64,000 bases of DNA from Ascidiella aspersa (Eukaryota): positions 11,656,001-11,720,000 of the forward strand of contig OZ004607.1 in NCBI GenBank assembly GCA_963924565.1. The letters are read 5' to 3'. The position numbers and the translations under genes were made by a program. The notes under the pieces are model-generated. The model saw only the letters and a program-made list of their open reading frames with translations. It was not told the origin of the DNA and ran no database searches. Of the stretch, positions 40,848 to 51,833 are shown one piece after another (position 1 is the stretch's first letter; each line of letters begins with the position of its first letter).

Positions 40848-41443
40848 CTATACTGCCATGTGCAGTTCTAACTGGGACCCTGCCTTCGTGGCAGCACCTG
40901 CTCCCCATAGTGTGGTCGTTTTCGTTTGCCAAAAAGACTGGCTTCTTGACCATACTGACTTTTTCAGACCTCTCCGGCCTTCTTCTTGGCTAATGGGAAA
41001 ACGCAAGCAACTACCAATAAAATTCTTCCTTTACTTTACTTTTTCCTTTCCTTATAGTTGAGTCCACCATTGGTGGACAAAAAAAGTAAGTGGATAATAT
41101 ATATTTCACCCAAAACCAAACGTTGGTCGCCAAATTAACAGCTACATTCTATTATAAAGTTATTTGTGCCACTAACAATTAAAAACAACTGAAAAATTTA
41201 ACGTTAAAACAACAAAACAATATGCAAAGTAAAACAAAACAATATCTTGGTATCATGGAATATCCATATCAAGCACTAAAACGTTGAAAATCAGAAGATC
41301 TTGTATCGCTTCGTATTTCACCCACCACACTTGTTGTTTTTAAAATATTTTTGAAACGTTTTCTTATTAGGTTAAAGTATAAAGTTTCAAAGGGCAGTAC
41401 ACACACACACGGCATCGACTAACCCTACTATATATAGATAGAC

Positions 41444-42474
41444 CAGTTGCTCCGAACCTGAGGGTCACGAAAGGGGTCATGAGGGGTTGTCTGGGGGGTG
41501 GGTCGCCGTGTAGTATATAACGAAATACATTATAAGAATTACGAACTAAAATTTTAGCGTTTTAGGAGGAGCAAAAGCAACCGCCAGTCTAATATTTGTG
41601 TTTATGTGGCTCTTGCTGCAGTGAACCAGACGTGTTTATGACGTCACCAGTACACTTCTTAATTATTGGATCAAGCTTGGCTTCAGTCAAACATTGTCTA
41701 ATACAGCGGTTTCTAATTGTTTTGATATTCCGCCTTTACAAGCCCGAACACTTGTCGATTTCTCCCCAGAAAATAACACGAAGTATTCTTCCTCTTGTTA
41801 TTATTTATTACTTCGATGTATCTTGTTGACAGAAAGCCAAACCCAAAAGAAAGAGTCGACAAGATAAAAAAAAATTATGTAAATCTGCAATAGACATAGC
41901 TGCGCAAAAAGCCAAGACTTGGATGCGCTAATCCTCTAAACGTTGAGTTTGTTTTAGCGTGTGACGTAGGTAATCATTTTATATACCTGGAAAAATGGCC
42001 TGCATTGATGTAAGCTATATTTATTTAATGGCTGTTACTGTGAAGAAACAATAGACTAATATGTAACTGTGAATAAACAAAAGAGTAATATGTAACTATG
42101 AAGAAACAATAGAATATTAATTAACTTTGAATAAACAACTTAGATTGGAGGCCTAATCGACCTTTTTCAACGGTAATCATTACAGTTCAATAACCTTTTC
42201 ATTACATATACGGTAACTGATTAAATAACTTTTTTTAATGCATTTTTCCTCCCCAATTCTTCCCCTGGACAAATTTATTAGCCTAATTAAAAAAAAAAAT
42301 TCCTAAGGGATCCAAGTTGCTCTCTTTGAGTACTACTGGTCTAATAAAAATAAATAAATCCGGACATTTTAGCCAAATTTTGATACAATTCGTCTAGATA
42401 TTTTTCGAATTTGAATTGTGTATTTTATTGACTCTGGTTTAACTTTATGAGAGCATAAAGGTTGGGAAACAATG
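41444..42474. mobile_element. hAT-like non-autonomous element, about 1.03 kb
   Basis: Termini CAGTTGCTCCGAACCT and AGGTTGGGAAACAATG; TSD AGATAGAC/ATATAGAC; absent from the paralog at about 45185; internal 29-bp tandem repeat at 42034-42138. Confidence 0.8.
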
Positions 42475-42818
42475 ATATAGACAATTTTGATGAACGCATT
42501 GTGTATATGCTTTCGCTTCGACTATTTCAGATAAGTCTTTACAAACAAAGAGCACTAAATACCTGTTTACTTTTTACGGTGAAACCATCAGCATGAAAAA
42601 AGTCGTTTTGTTCACTATCTAAAAGTAGAGCACGCCTTTCTTGCCCTTCGCAGCGAATTTGAACAAATTTGTAACGTCGCTAGTAGGTTTTGCGCGAATA
42701 GGAACAATCTAAACATAATAAAATGGAAAGTTTGTGAGTCGGCAGTCGGTCGTCAGCATGTGCGCGATTTAGGGAGACACAGACAGCGCAACGTGGCTCA
42801 TATTAGGGAGACAGACAG

Positions 42819-45390
42819 AGCCCAAAGGACCGTGCAAAATTCGGCAGATAACTGTAAGGCCTGACCATCGCGGGCCGGATAACTGTAAGGCTTTACGATC
42901 GCGGGCCGGATACAATATTTTTAATCAATCTTAGTTATCGTTGATCGAAGGAAATATAAATAACTGTGCAATAAAAAGTGATTTAGTTTGAATTGTATTC
43001 GACAGCATTTTAACTGTAGGCTACATACTTTTATTATTAAGAAATAAAAGCCGCGGGTCAGGTTTTGCCAGCGGGCCATAGTTTGGAGACCCCGGAACAA
43101 ACAAATGTCAATAAGCAAAATTCTCGCGATAACACTTAGCTTTAATTGCACATTTCGGCATGTTTGCTCGAAAACACCAATATTTTTACGATGATTTATT
43201 TTATGACATCACGTTATGACTTGACTTTCCTATGTCATTTCCTGATTTTTTACGCAATTTTCGCCAAACAAAGTTCCCAAATCCGACCCTGGGGTAGATT
43301 TAGACTCTGCTGGACTTCAGTCTAGAACTGGAATTCAGTCTAGTGCATAAAAGCTTGACTAGACTTGACGACGGTCATTCACAAAATCGTTTGTTTGTTT
43401 TCATTATTTAAAATGTACATTTCGACAAACACGTTTGACTTAAATATCTTTAAAGCCCTGTATTATCATAAGTTACTTAAATATCTTAAAAGCCAATTTC
43501 AAGTTGCTTAAATATCTTAAAATCTTATCAATATTACAAATCTGTAGAAATCTTTATAATCTCTCATCTCCCTAACTTCTCTAAATTCCCTACCAAACTT
43601 TCGCAAACTCTCTAAATTAATATCTGAAAATCTCTGGCACAGAAAAGTAACACAAAACGATTCCAGCAGTATACCAACACTTGAAATTAAACCCGTAAGA
43701 GTGTATATAATTCCTAGAAATTTTACCTTATTCCAACTCACAATATATTTTATTTTAGTATAGCAATTTCTCCTGCCAACAAAATATGAAGTGTTATATG
43801 TTATACTTGTACTCTATAACGTTTTATAAAACGCTTGGCATGAACAGGAAATGCACAGTTCGTACAACACAATGGTTGATTTGCGGTTTCCTTTCGAACG
43901 TTGGACAGCAGGGAAAAGCAATCAACAATCTGCTTATCTTTCACAAATGCCTTTTTGCGTGTTGAATTGAAACACCTCATCTTCAGGCCCTGGAAATTCT
44001 TTTTTTTGAAGTAAGTTAAGCTTCTGCCAAACCTTACCGAGTTCGAGTAGAATTTGGCATTTTTTCTCTTGTTTTTTCGGGTGATAAACTAACACATACA
44101 ACAACCAACATAACAAATCTTTAACCATTATGTCCTAACAACATAATAAATTCATACCATTAGCACGAATAAAAAGGTTAAAACGTGTCCCTACTTTCAT
44201 GTGCAGTTCTAACCCGGACCCTATACCTTCGTGGCGGCACCTGCTCCCCATAGTGTGGTCGTTTGCCAAAAAGACTGGGCTCTTGACCATACTGACTTTT
44301 TCGGGCACTTCCGGTCTCCTATACTTGGCTAATGGGAAAACCCAAGCAACAACCGTTAAAATTCTTCCTTTACTTCACTTTTTCTTTTCCTTATAGTTGA
44401 GTCCACCGATAGTGGACAAAAAAACAAGAAAATGTGGATAATATATATTTGGCACAAAACCAAACGTTGTTCACCATAAACAGCGAAATTGCATTATAAA
44501 GTAAACAACTGTACAACTCAACGTTAAAACAAAAAATATGTATATAGAAACGAAAACAAAACAATACAAATTTAAAAAAATTGAGAGTGCTTACGGAAAC
44601 CAATCCCTACCCTGTCTTATATTTGGTTTTATCTTTCATTGCGAAATAAAATCCTATAAAAACCCATTACAAAAATCAACACAATAACAATTTATTCACT
44701 TTCAGTTTTTCATATGGCGATATCCAGGCTTGTTTGGAGAAGCACAAAATTCATATTAGGGTTGTATTGTAGCCTACTTATAAAAGCAGCAGTTATTACA
44801 CAACAAAAATAAGGCAAATTTCTACGGAACATTCCTGCTGCTAATAGTGGATAATTACTTTCATAATACAAAAGCTACTTCGTCCATTGTCTTCAACCAG
44901 TGATTTGTGACCGTTGTTTCATAAAACATCATAATGACACCTTTAGATATTTCACTGAAGACCGTTTGAAAATAACTGCTTTACTTTACTTTAAGATAGG
45001 CCTCCCTTGGTATCAAGGAATATCAATACAAAGCACAAAAACTTAAAAATCAGAGGATCTTGTATCGCTTCGCATGTCACCCACCACACATGTTGCCTTT
45101 CAAATGCTTTGTAAATGCGTTTTCTAATCAGGTTGAACAATAGCATTTAAAAAGGCAGTCAACAAACGTCAACGACCTACTATGTAGACAATTTTGATGA
45201 AATGGTTGTGTATAGGCTTTGGCTTCCACTGTTTCAGATGAGTCACAAACGAAGCGCACTAAATACTTGTTTTAAATTTTTATCAGCAATAAAAGTCTTC
45301 ACTAAAAGTAGAGCACGCCTTTCTTGCCCTTCGCAGCGAGAGAATTAGAACAAATTTGTAACGTCGCTAGTGTGCTTTGCGCGAATGGAA
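42819..45390 (+). repeat. Tandem segmental duplication, unit B
   Basis: Paralogous to 38295-42705; shows the empty MITE sites and has about 430 bp of its own at 44580-45005. Confidence 0.92.
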
Positions 45391-45575
45391 ATTTTTTTGA
45401 CACACGTGTTAAATATCATAAGCCTCGCAAAATTGACTTAACATTAATGATAAACAAAGAAACTTTTCGGGATAGCAGTACTTCGTGTTTGCAACCTTTA
45501 AATAAACGTTTTCGTAGCTTTTTTGATTTTAGTAACGCCGATATCTTAATTTGAAAGCACGGTGTTATTTATTAA

Positions 45576-45730
45576 ATCGTCAGACTAACCGAATCAGTCG
45601 CCAATTAAAGATATTCAAATTCATGCTAGCCAGGCTAAGTAAACCACTAGCGTGCGGTGAGGTGAGGTTCGAACTCACGACCTTCGGCCATACCGGGACC
45701 GTCTCTCTACCAACTGAGGACTACATAGGC
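45576..45730 (-). mobile_element. tRNA-derived SINE copy
   Basis: Reverse complement matches 46086-46235; A-box-like CTCAGTTGG and B box GTTCGAACC. Confidence 0.8.
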
Positions 45731-45830
45731 TAAGGAATATCGTTGTCAAACAACCACTTCACAAGATAGTATGTGTATGCATCTTTCATTGACTGTACCT
45801 GGAACACTACATCCCCTTAAATGTGTTTTC

Positions 45831-45945
45831 TTAGCCTTGATTGCATGAATATTCTTAATTGATCGACTGATTCGGTTAGTTTGTGGACGACTTACAGTGT
45901 ACTATAAAATGTAAGCGGTTATCGTTAATCAACTAACCACTCACA
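45831..45945 (+). mobile_element. 3' fragment of the same SINE
   Basis: ttagcc..gcatgaatatt..gactgattcggttagt..actataaaatgtaagcggtta matches 46176-46285. Confidence 0.75.
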
Positions 45946-46085
45946 AGGGCTAGATCACTCTTGTGGTATACACGTATGTATATTGACTTAACGTGGAACT
46001 GTAGATCCTCCGAATATCGAGTTTATTGTACTAATATGATGCAAGTAATGGTGCCTTGGTTGTTTCTCGCCATGCTACCCTCTGA

Positions 46086-46290
46086 GCCTGAGTAGCTCAG
46101 TTGGTAGAGCGACGGTCCTGGTATGACCGAAGGTCGTGAATTCGAACCTCACCTCACCGCACGCTAGTTGTTTATTTAGCCTGGCTAGCATGAATATCTT
46201 TAATTAACGGACTGATTCGGTTAGTCTGTCGAGGACTAACTGTCTACTATAAAATGTGAGCGGTTAACGTTGATCGACAAACGCACTTAC
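46086..46290 (+). mobile_element. tRNA-derived SINE (head with a Thr-like GGT loop)
   Basis: D arm GCTC-AGTTGGTA-GAGC, stem CGGTC-CTGGTAT-GACCG and T loop TTCGAAC; broken acceptor stem; about 130-bp unrelated tail shared with the other copies. Confidence 0.8.
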
Positions 46291-47564
46291 CGTACCTGTT
46301 TGCCCTATGTCTACAATTCGTAACACCACTTTGCAGATAAAATAAAGATATTAAACTAATAAATTAAAAGATTGTTAAGTCATAAAATGGAGCTGAGCAA
46401 AAAAAACAAAAAAACATTTGTGTTGGTTTCCGTGAGTGTTTTTGTTTCCTGGTCAGTCGTCAATAGTTTTTTAAAGTTTTGCAAAACAAGGTCTGAAAAG
46501 ATATAACAAGCCAATTTATCGCAAAAATATTGACCACAACACCAAACAGCTTTGTACAAACATATTTTTCAGTTTTTATATAATGTTAGAAGTAAAGTAT
46601 TTCTTATAAAAAATCAACCCAAGCTTCCTTTGGCATAATTTTAACATATAATAATAAGTCTTTATTTTTGCAGATGACGAAAACTGGCGACCAATTTGTT
46701 TTGGTTTTATTGTCAATCGGTAACGAGTGGATAGAGGAAGTATACATAAAAAAGCGTTTGAATGAAGGCGGATAGGCAGGGGAAGTTTTTATAACTGCGA
46801 AACGGCACAGGAGCGCAATCTATGGCACAGGAAGTTTACCTTTAAAGCTTCCAAGGAATCGCTTTGATGTTTTTGCTGAACGTTTTCTGGTGTCCGTAAT
46901 TCTTGGCCTTATTCAGGATGTGCTTCGCCCAGCTGTTGGTATGAAATTATTTTGACGTGCTTTCTTCGGTGGTTTGTGTGAAAGAAAGAAGCGCAGGCAT
47001 TACTTGCTCGTTTAAGGGTACGGTTCAAAGGCTTTAGCGTTGTTGCGAAGGTAACAGCCCCACACACCAAACGAAGTCAACTATTTACCACAAGTGACCA
47101 GCAGGTGAATAGACGAGCTTTATTGAGCTATTTAATTATAGTTGTCAATCTCATTCTAACAGTAAATTTTTTAGTGAGGCCCTTGGTCCCAAGTTTGGCA
47201 CTTTCAGCTTGCATTAAAATCGTCGTAATGCATTAAAAGTCAAAGTTTTAAACGATTTTCAGTTTGTGAATCAAGTTGTGAGATTTACCGCTTGATACTC
47301 TTTTGTAATATTTTTAGGCCTATTCTTGGCAAGGTAAACCAAAATGCATCAAATTTAAACCCAGATCAAGATTATTTTAAAACATGAGCAAACTGTGGAT
47401 AAATACGAAGGCATAGCTCCTAGTAATCATACTTATTTTAGTTATTCTGTTTGTCTGATTTTGTTTCGAGTAGAAAAAGTTCAGCGAATAAAATTGAGTC
47501 GCCCAAGGTTTGCTGTTAAATTTACGCTTAATATTGAGTTCACCACAAAAAAGGTATATATAAT

Positions 47565-47652
47565 TAGGGTGGGCCAAAAGTAGGCTTACAGTTACTAAAC
47601 TTTTTTAGGTAGCATTGAATGGCCACGAAAAGCCTACTTTTGGCTCACTCTG
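47565..47652. mobile_element. Tiny mariner-like MITE/hairpin
   Basis: About 22-bp inverted repeats AGGGTGGGCCAAAAGTAGGCTT and AAGCCTACTTTTGGCTCACTCT. Confidence 0.7.
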
Positions 47653-48316
47653 AACATTAGGCTTATCTACGCGTGAGTTCGAACCTCAGCGCAAATTCTG
47701 AAATAAACTTAAAGGAAATATCTTTACGTAAACAAATCGATCAATCAATTAAAGTTTTAGATAAAGGCTAAATATACAATTAGTTAGCGTCTGTTTCTGT
47801 GTATACAGAACTTGTTACAAGTAAAATTACAGGTAAATCTAGTGTGATCAAGCAAACCGAGAAAAAATGAATTTATTTGGTTTAAATTGGTAAAACTTTT
47901 AATTAAAAAGGTTGCTTGACGCATCATAGGGCACATAAAAGAAATTCACATGTTGCTCGAAATCACAGCATTTATAGTTTAATCTTAACAAAAAAATATT
48001 TACGGTGAAAGATAATTACCTGTGATTAGACATTTCACAGCAAAAGCCGTGTGAAGAAATATATGAAAATAGGAAAGTAAACTTTTTAGTGTTTTTTTCC
48101 ATTAAAAACTATAAATGTAGTTAAATTGAGGAGACATGTAAGTTGTAACAACTGTCAAAATTCTTATATGAAAACAAAATGGAAGACAGGGGTATTTTGA
48201 CTTGAAGCCTAATATCCTTTGTATTAGTTAGATAAAGATATGTTTAAAATTGATATGTGGTTTTCATTTAAAACAGGTCAATCTTATTTGCATAGAAAAT
48301 AAAAACAAGTGCTGCA

Positions 48317-49714
48317 ATGGTTGACAACGAGATTACGCTTTACGCTAGAAGGTGGTTCTTTCTTCTAGGCCTTGCTGTTTTCCAGTTTTTAGGCGGAATT
48401 TCTTTTGCCAGTTTTGGCGAAATCAGCAACTTTTACACACAGTTTTACAATATCGACCATGCGTTGGTGGATTGGATCACAAACGGACGAAACATTGGAG
48501 CCGTTTTCATCACAGTTCCTTTGGCATGGTTCGCATTCAAAGGCAGCATAGGATTAAGGAAGATGGTTGTAATGGTTGTGGTAACAAGCACAATCGGAAT
48601 GCTGTTTGTTACTGTCGCCCTTATTCGCCCTTCACTGGTTTCATTGATATTCTTAGGACAGCTCTTTTTAGGAATCTCAGAAACCATCGGAATAGCTTTG
48701 CCTTCCACATTTGCAGTTCTGTGGTTTCCTGAACATCAAGTGGGTACAGCAATATCCATGAATGTGATGGGTCTAATGGCAGGCGACACAATTGGCTATC
48801 TCTTGCCGCCCTACTTGCTTTACTCGTCAGATTTAGGCAGAAATGATACGTCATATACTCTCAGTGCTCCAATACTTGAGCATGGCCGACATACATTACA
48901 AATTATGTACGGTTCTTATCTGGGGATTGCTGGCTTTCTAGCCGTGCTCTTATGTCTATTTATTACCGACCGACCTCCAAAACCTCCCACAGCAGCTCAA
49001 AGCAAGAAAGAAAACACTGTTGCTGAGAAAAAAGATAGGACCATGTTTTGTACGGAGACGAAATCTTTGTTCACAAATTGGTCGTATGTTATCACCACTA
49101 TCGCGTTGGCTATGTCCTTTCAAGTAGTCTTCGTTGAGAATCTCATAATGTCTGAAATCGTACATAGTTTGGACTTGAAGCGCTTCGCTCATCTACCTTC
49201 TGACTTGATTAGTGGCTTTGTCATGTCGCTGTGGAGCCTAAGTAACATAGTTGGACTGCTTTTGGGCGGCCCACTAGTAAACTACTGCAAGAGATACAAG
49301 GCACTGATTGTAGTTAGCTTGGCTTTCACCTTTATAGCAACAGTGGTACTAGCAGTGGGCGTAATTTTAAAGAAGTCGGCGGCAATTTTTTTCGGTAACT
49401 CACTCTTTGGATTTTTCAACGGCTTCACAAGTGTCATAGCTCTTGAGATTTTAACGCAGCAAACCTACCCAGTAGAAGAAACGGTGGTGAACACTTGGAT
49501 GACAGGGGCGCTTTCCATAATGGCATTACTCCTCGGCGTGCTTGGTAGAATCATTTACCACTTTTGGGGTAGCTTTGGGGTGGTGACCTTTCAAAGCGCG
49601 CTATTGCTGGCCGCCGTATTTTCAACCTGTTTTATTTCACCGAAAAACAAGCGACTGGATGCAGGGCAAAATGGCCTTCCAATGTCGTCCGAAACGCCTC
49701 TTTTGAAAGAATAG
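48317..49714 (+). CDS. MFS transporter, SLC49 (FLVCR/DIRC2-like) family, copy 1; intronless CDS, 465 aa
   Basis: Single ORF with about 12 hydrophobic segments; family-like motifs YARRW, WFP...TA, RPPKPPTAAQ and TYPVEE; splice acceptor at 48274-48276 in the 5' UTR. Confidence 0.92.
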   Translation: MVDNEITLYARRWFFLLGLAVFQFLGGISFASFGEISNFYTQFYNIDHALVDWITNGRNIGAVFITVPLAWFAFKGSIGLRKMVVMVVVTSTIGMLFVTVALIRPSLVSLIFLGQLFLGISETIGIALPSTFAVLWFPEHQVGTAISMNVMGLMAGDTIGYLLPPYLLYSSDLGRNDTSYTLSAPILEHGRHTLQIMYGSYLGIAGFLAVLLCLFITDRPPKPPTAAQSKKENTVAEKKDRTMFCTETKSLFTNWSYVITTIALAMSFQVVFVENLIMSEIVHSLDLKRFAHLPSDLISGFVMSLWSLSNIVGLLLGGPLVNYCKRYKALIVVSLAFTFIATVVLAVGVILKKSAAIFFGNSLFGFFNGFTSVIALEILTQQTYPVEETVVNTWMTGALSIMALLLGVLGRIIYHFWGSFGVVTFQSALLLAAVFSTCFISPKNKRLDAGQNGLPMSSETPLLKE

Positions 49715-50986
49715 AACACTCACGTTTAGGATTGTTGAGATTTTTTTATTCTAAATAAGATATATTAAAGCTTATTTTAAACATGCCTTCTTAATTGCTA
49801 AACCTTACACGAAATAAGGTTTTACCGAAAATGACCGCAAGCCTACATAAATTACTCCAATATATAGGCCTAACCATTTAACCCTTTCAGCTTACCTACC
49901 TCGATCGCGTCAAGGATTGAACTGTTTTTTTATGCTTTTTAAACTTTGGATTATTGTAGTTTGTCTGTGAGAATTGTGTATCGCGAAATTTAGTTTACCC
50001 GGAAAGCATCATAATTTAAAATGTTCGTCCTCGTCTTTTTCGCTATAATATACACCAGTGTTGCCATAACTTAAGTCAATGACTTGACTTAACTGCACTT
50101 AAGTCACTGTTTTTAAATGACTTGACTTGACTTAAGTCTTTCGGGTAAAATGATTTGTCTTGACTTAAGTTATTTACTCAAAAGATTTGACGTATGTTGA
50201 GGTGCTTTAATTGGAACGTTTTTACTAAATTGAGTTATTTTAGCCAATTATTAAATTATTAAATGTAATATATATTAACTTGCTATTTGTTTCCGTTTTT
50301 TGTTTGCTGTGAGAGATATTGGTTAGATTGAAACGTATTCAATAATTTTAGAAGTTTAATATAAATTTTAGTGCAAATTCTGTGATTTGAAATTGGCTTT
50401 CGTATCTAATGACTTTAAATGGAAGTCATTACAAAACGACCTGTTTTAAATACTGTTATACACTTATTAAGGGATCGTTATTACCTAAAGTTAAATCCAG
50501 CGTTCTAGCCATGGTTTCAATCACAGCCCAATTACTTCTTGACATGGCATGTTTGTCTAAAGTAGGCTCAGACTTTTCCCTTTTTGCCACAGCTTTGTTC
50601 AGGTTGTTTTACTTGGATTTTCTTAGTGTGCTGTGAAAGGATTGACATCGATTTACGTCAATATTTAAGTTTTTATTATTGACAAGAAACTTATTGAGCT
50701 GATAATATAACTATATTACATAGTTTGTGACTATTTTTATTGCGTTGTTCGTTTGTCGTACGGAATAAAGATCGTTGTAGAAATTGGATAGCATTTGTGC
50801 ATTAGTGCATCTCAGTTTTTACATAAGATATATAGTACCAAATTTGAGACACATCTTATAGCAATTAAAACCTTTTAGAATTTATAATACGAAATAGTTA
50901 AAAATTAAATAAATATAAGTAGAGTAATTTCTGTTCACAATAACATATGATAGGTTTAGATAAATATTATGCACCATGATCTATGT

Positions 50987-51833
50987 CAGGGGTCGGCAAC
51001 CTTTCGTATACAGTGTGCCAGTTTATGAATATTTTCAAAATATCAACAACTCGCGTGCCAAACATTTTTCTATGTTTGGTTTTGCACTGGCAACCACGGC
51101 TACGGATTCGGTTGAAAACAACCCGAGTCCGACTACGGCCAAATGTGCAATTTCACCGAGTCTCGAGTCCGGCTCAGACTCTACAGACTGTATTTCACAC
51201 ATTAACGTAACTAAAATAAGATGGGTATTCAGCAATCCACTCATAGGGGTTATAGAAAATATGCCATCATATGATTATCAGTTTTGAAATTTGGCACTGC
51301 GCATGCGCACACGTCGGACTCATTTTCCCTAGTCTTACTCGAGTCCCGAGTTGACTCCGCAGCCCTCCTGTGACTCTGACATCTAATTTACGAATCTTGG
51401 AAGAGACGTCATTAAACCTAATTTTATAAGTTAAATTCTATAAAGATACTAAAAACGAACTGTCACGAACACAAAACTGTGCCCACTATTTTGGAATATA
51501 CTTTACGCTTTTCAGCCGATACCTAGAAGTGTTAACTATCAGTTTCGCTTTTAGCTTGGTTTCTCAGTCGCACAAAAACACAAGTGCTTAATTACTTTTA
51601 ATGTGAAATGCCCTGCTTTAACGCAGTAAACATCCCGCCAAATTTAGGGCATTGTGGCGTATTACGAACGGTTAGTCGTCAACAACAAGTTCAAGGCCCA
51701 CAAAAAATAATGTTAAATACAACAGTTAAAACACTAATTTGTGACACAAACACGGCCGAATGATTTGGCGTGCCCTGCAAAATCATCCCGCGTGCCACTT
51801 TTGGCACGCGTGCCAGGGGTTGTCGAACCCCTG
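50987..51833. mobile_element. hAT MITE (847 bp) with a nested GAGTC-repeat MITE at about 51095-51367
   Basis: TIRs CAGGGGTCGGCAACC and GGTTGTCGAACCCCTG; perfect 8-bp TSD ATCTATGT; the nested piece matches 59271-59424. Confidence 0.92.

Larger units (their letters stand above)
38295..42705 (+). repeat. Tandem segmental duplication, unit A
   Basis: Colinear with 42819-45390 from agcccaaagg..cgtgcaaaattcggca to gtaacgtcgctagt..ttgcgcgaat; carries two extra MITEs and about 250 bp absent from unit B. Confidence 0.92.

Noticed and set aside
42034-42138. 29-bp repeats, and the 79-bp repeats at 3599, as CRISPR-like arrays
   Set aside because: Head-to-tail minisatellites with no unique spacers and no cas genes, in eukaryotic DNA.
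46086-46160. Functional tRNA-Thr(GGT)
   Set aside because: The acceptor stem is broken, there is no adjacent terminator, and a tail is shared with other copies, so it is a SINE.
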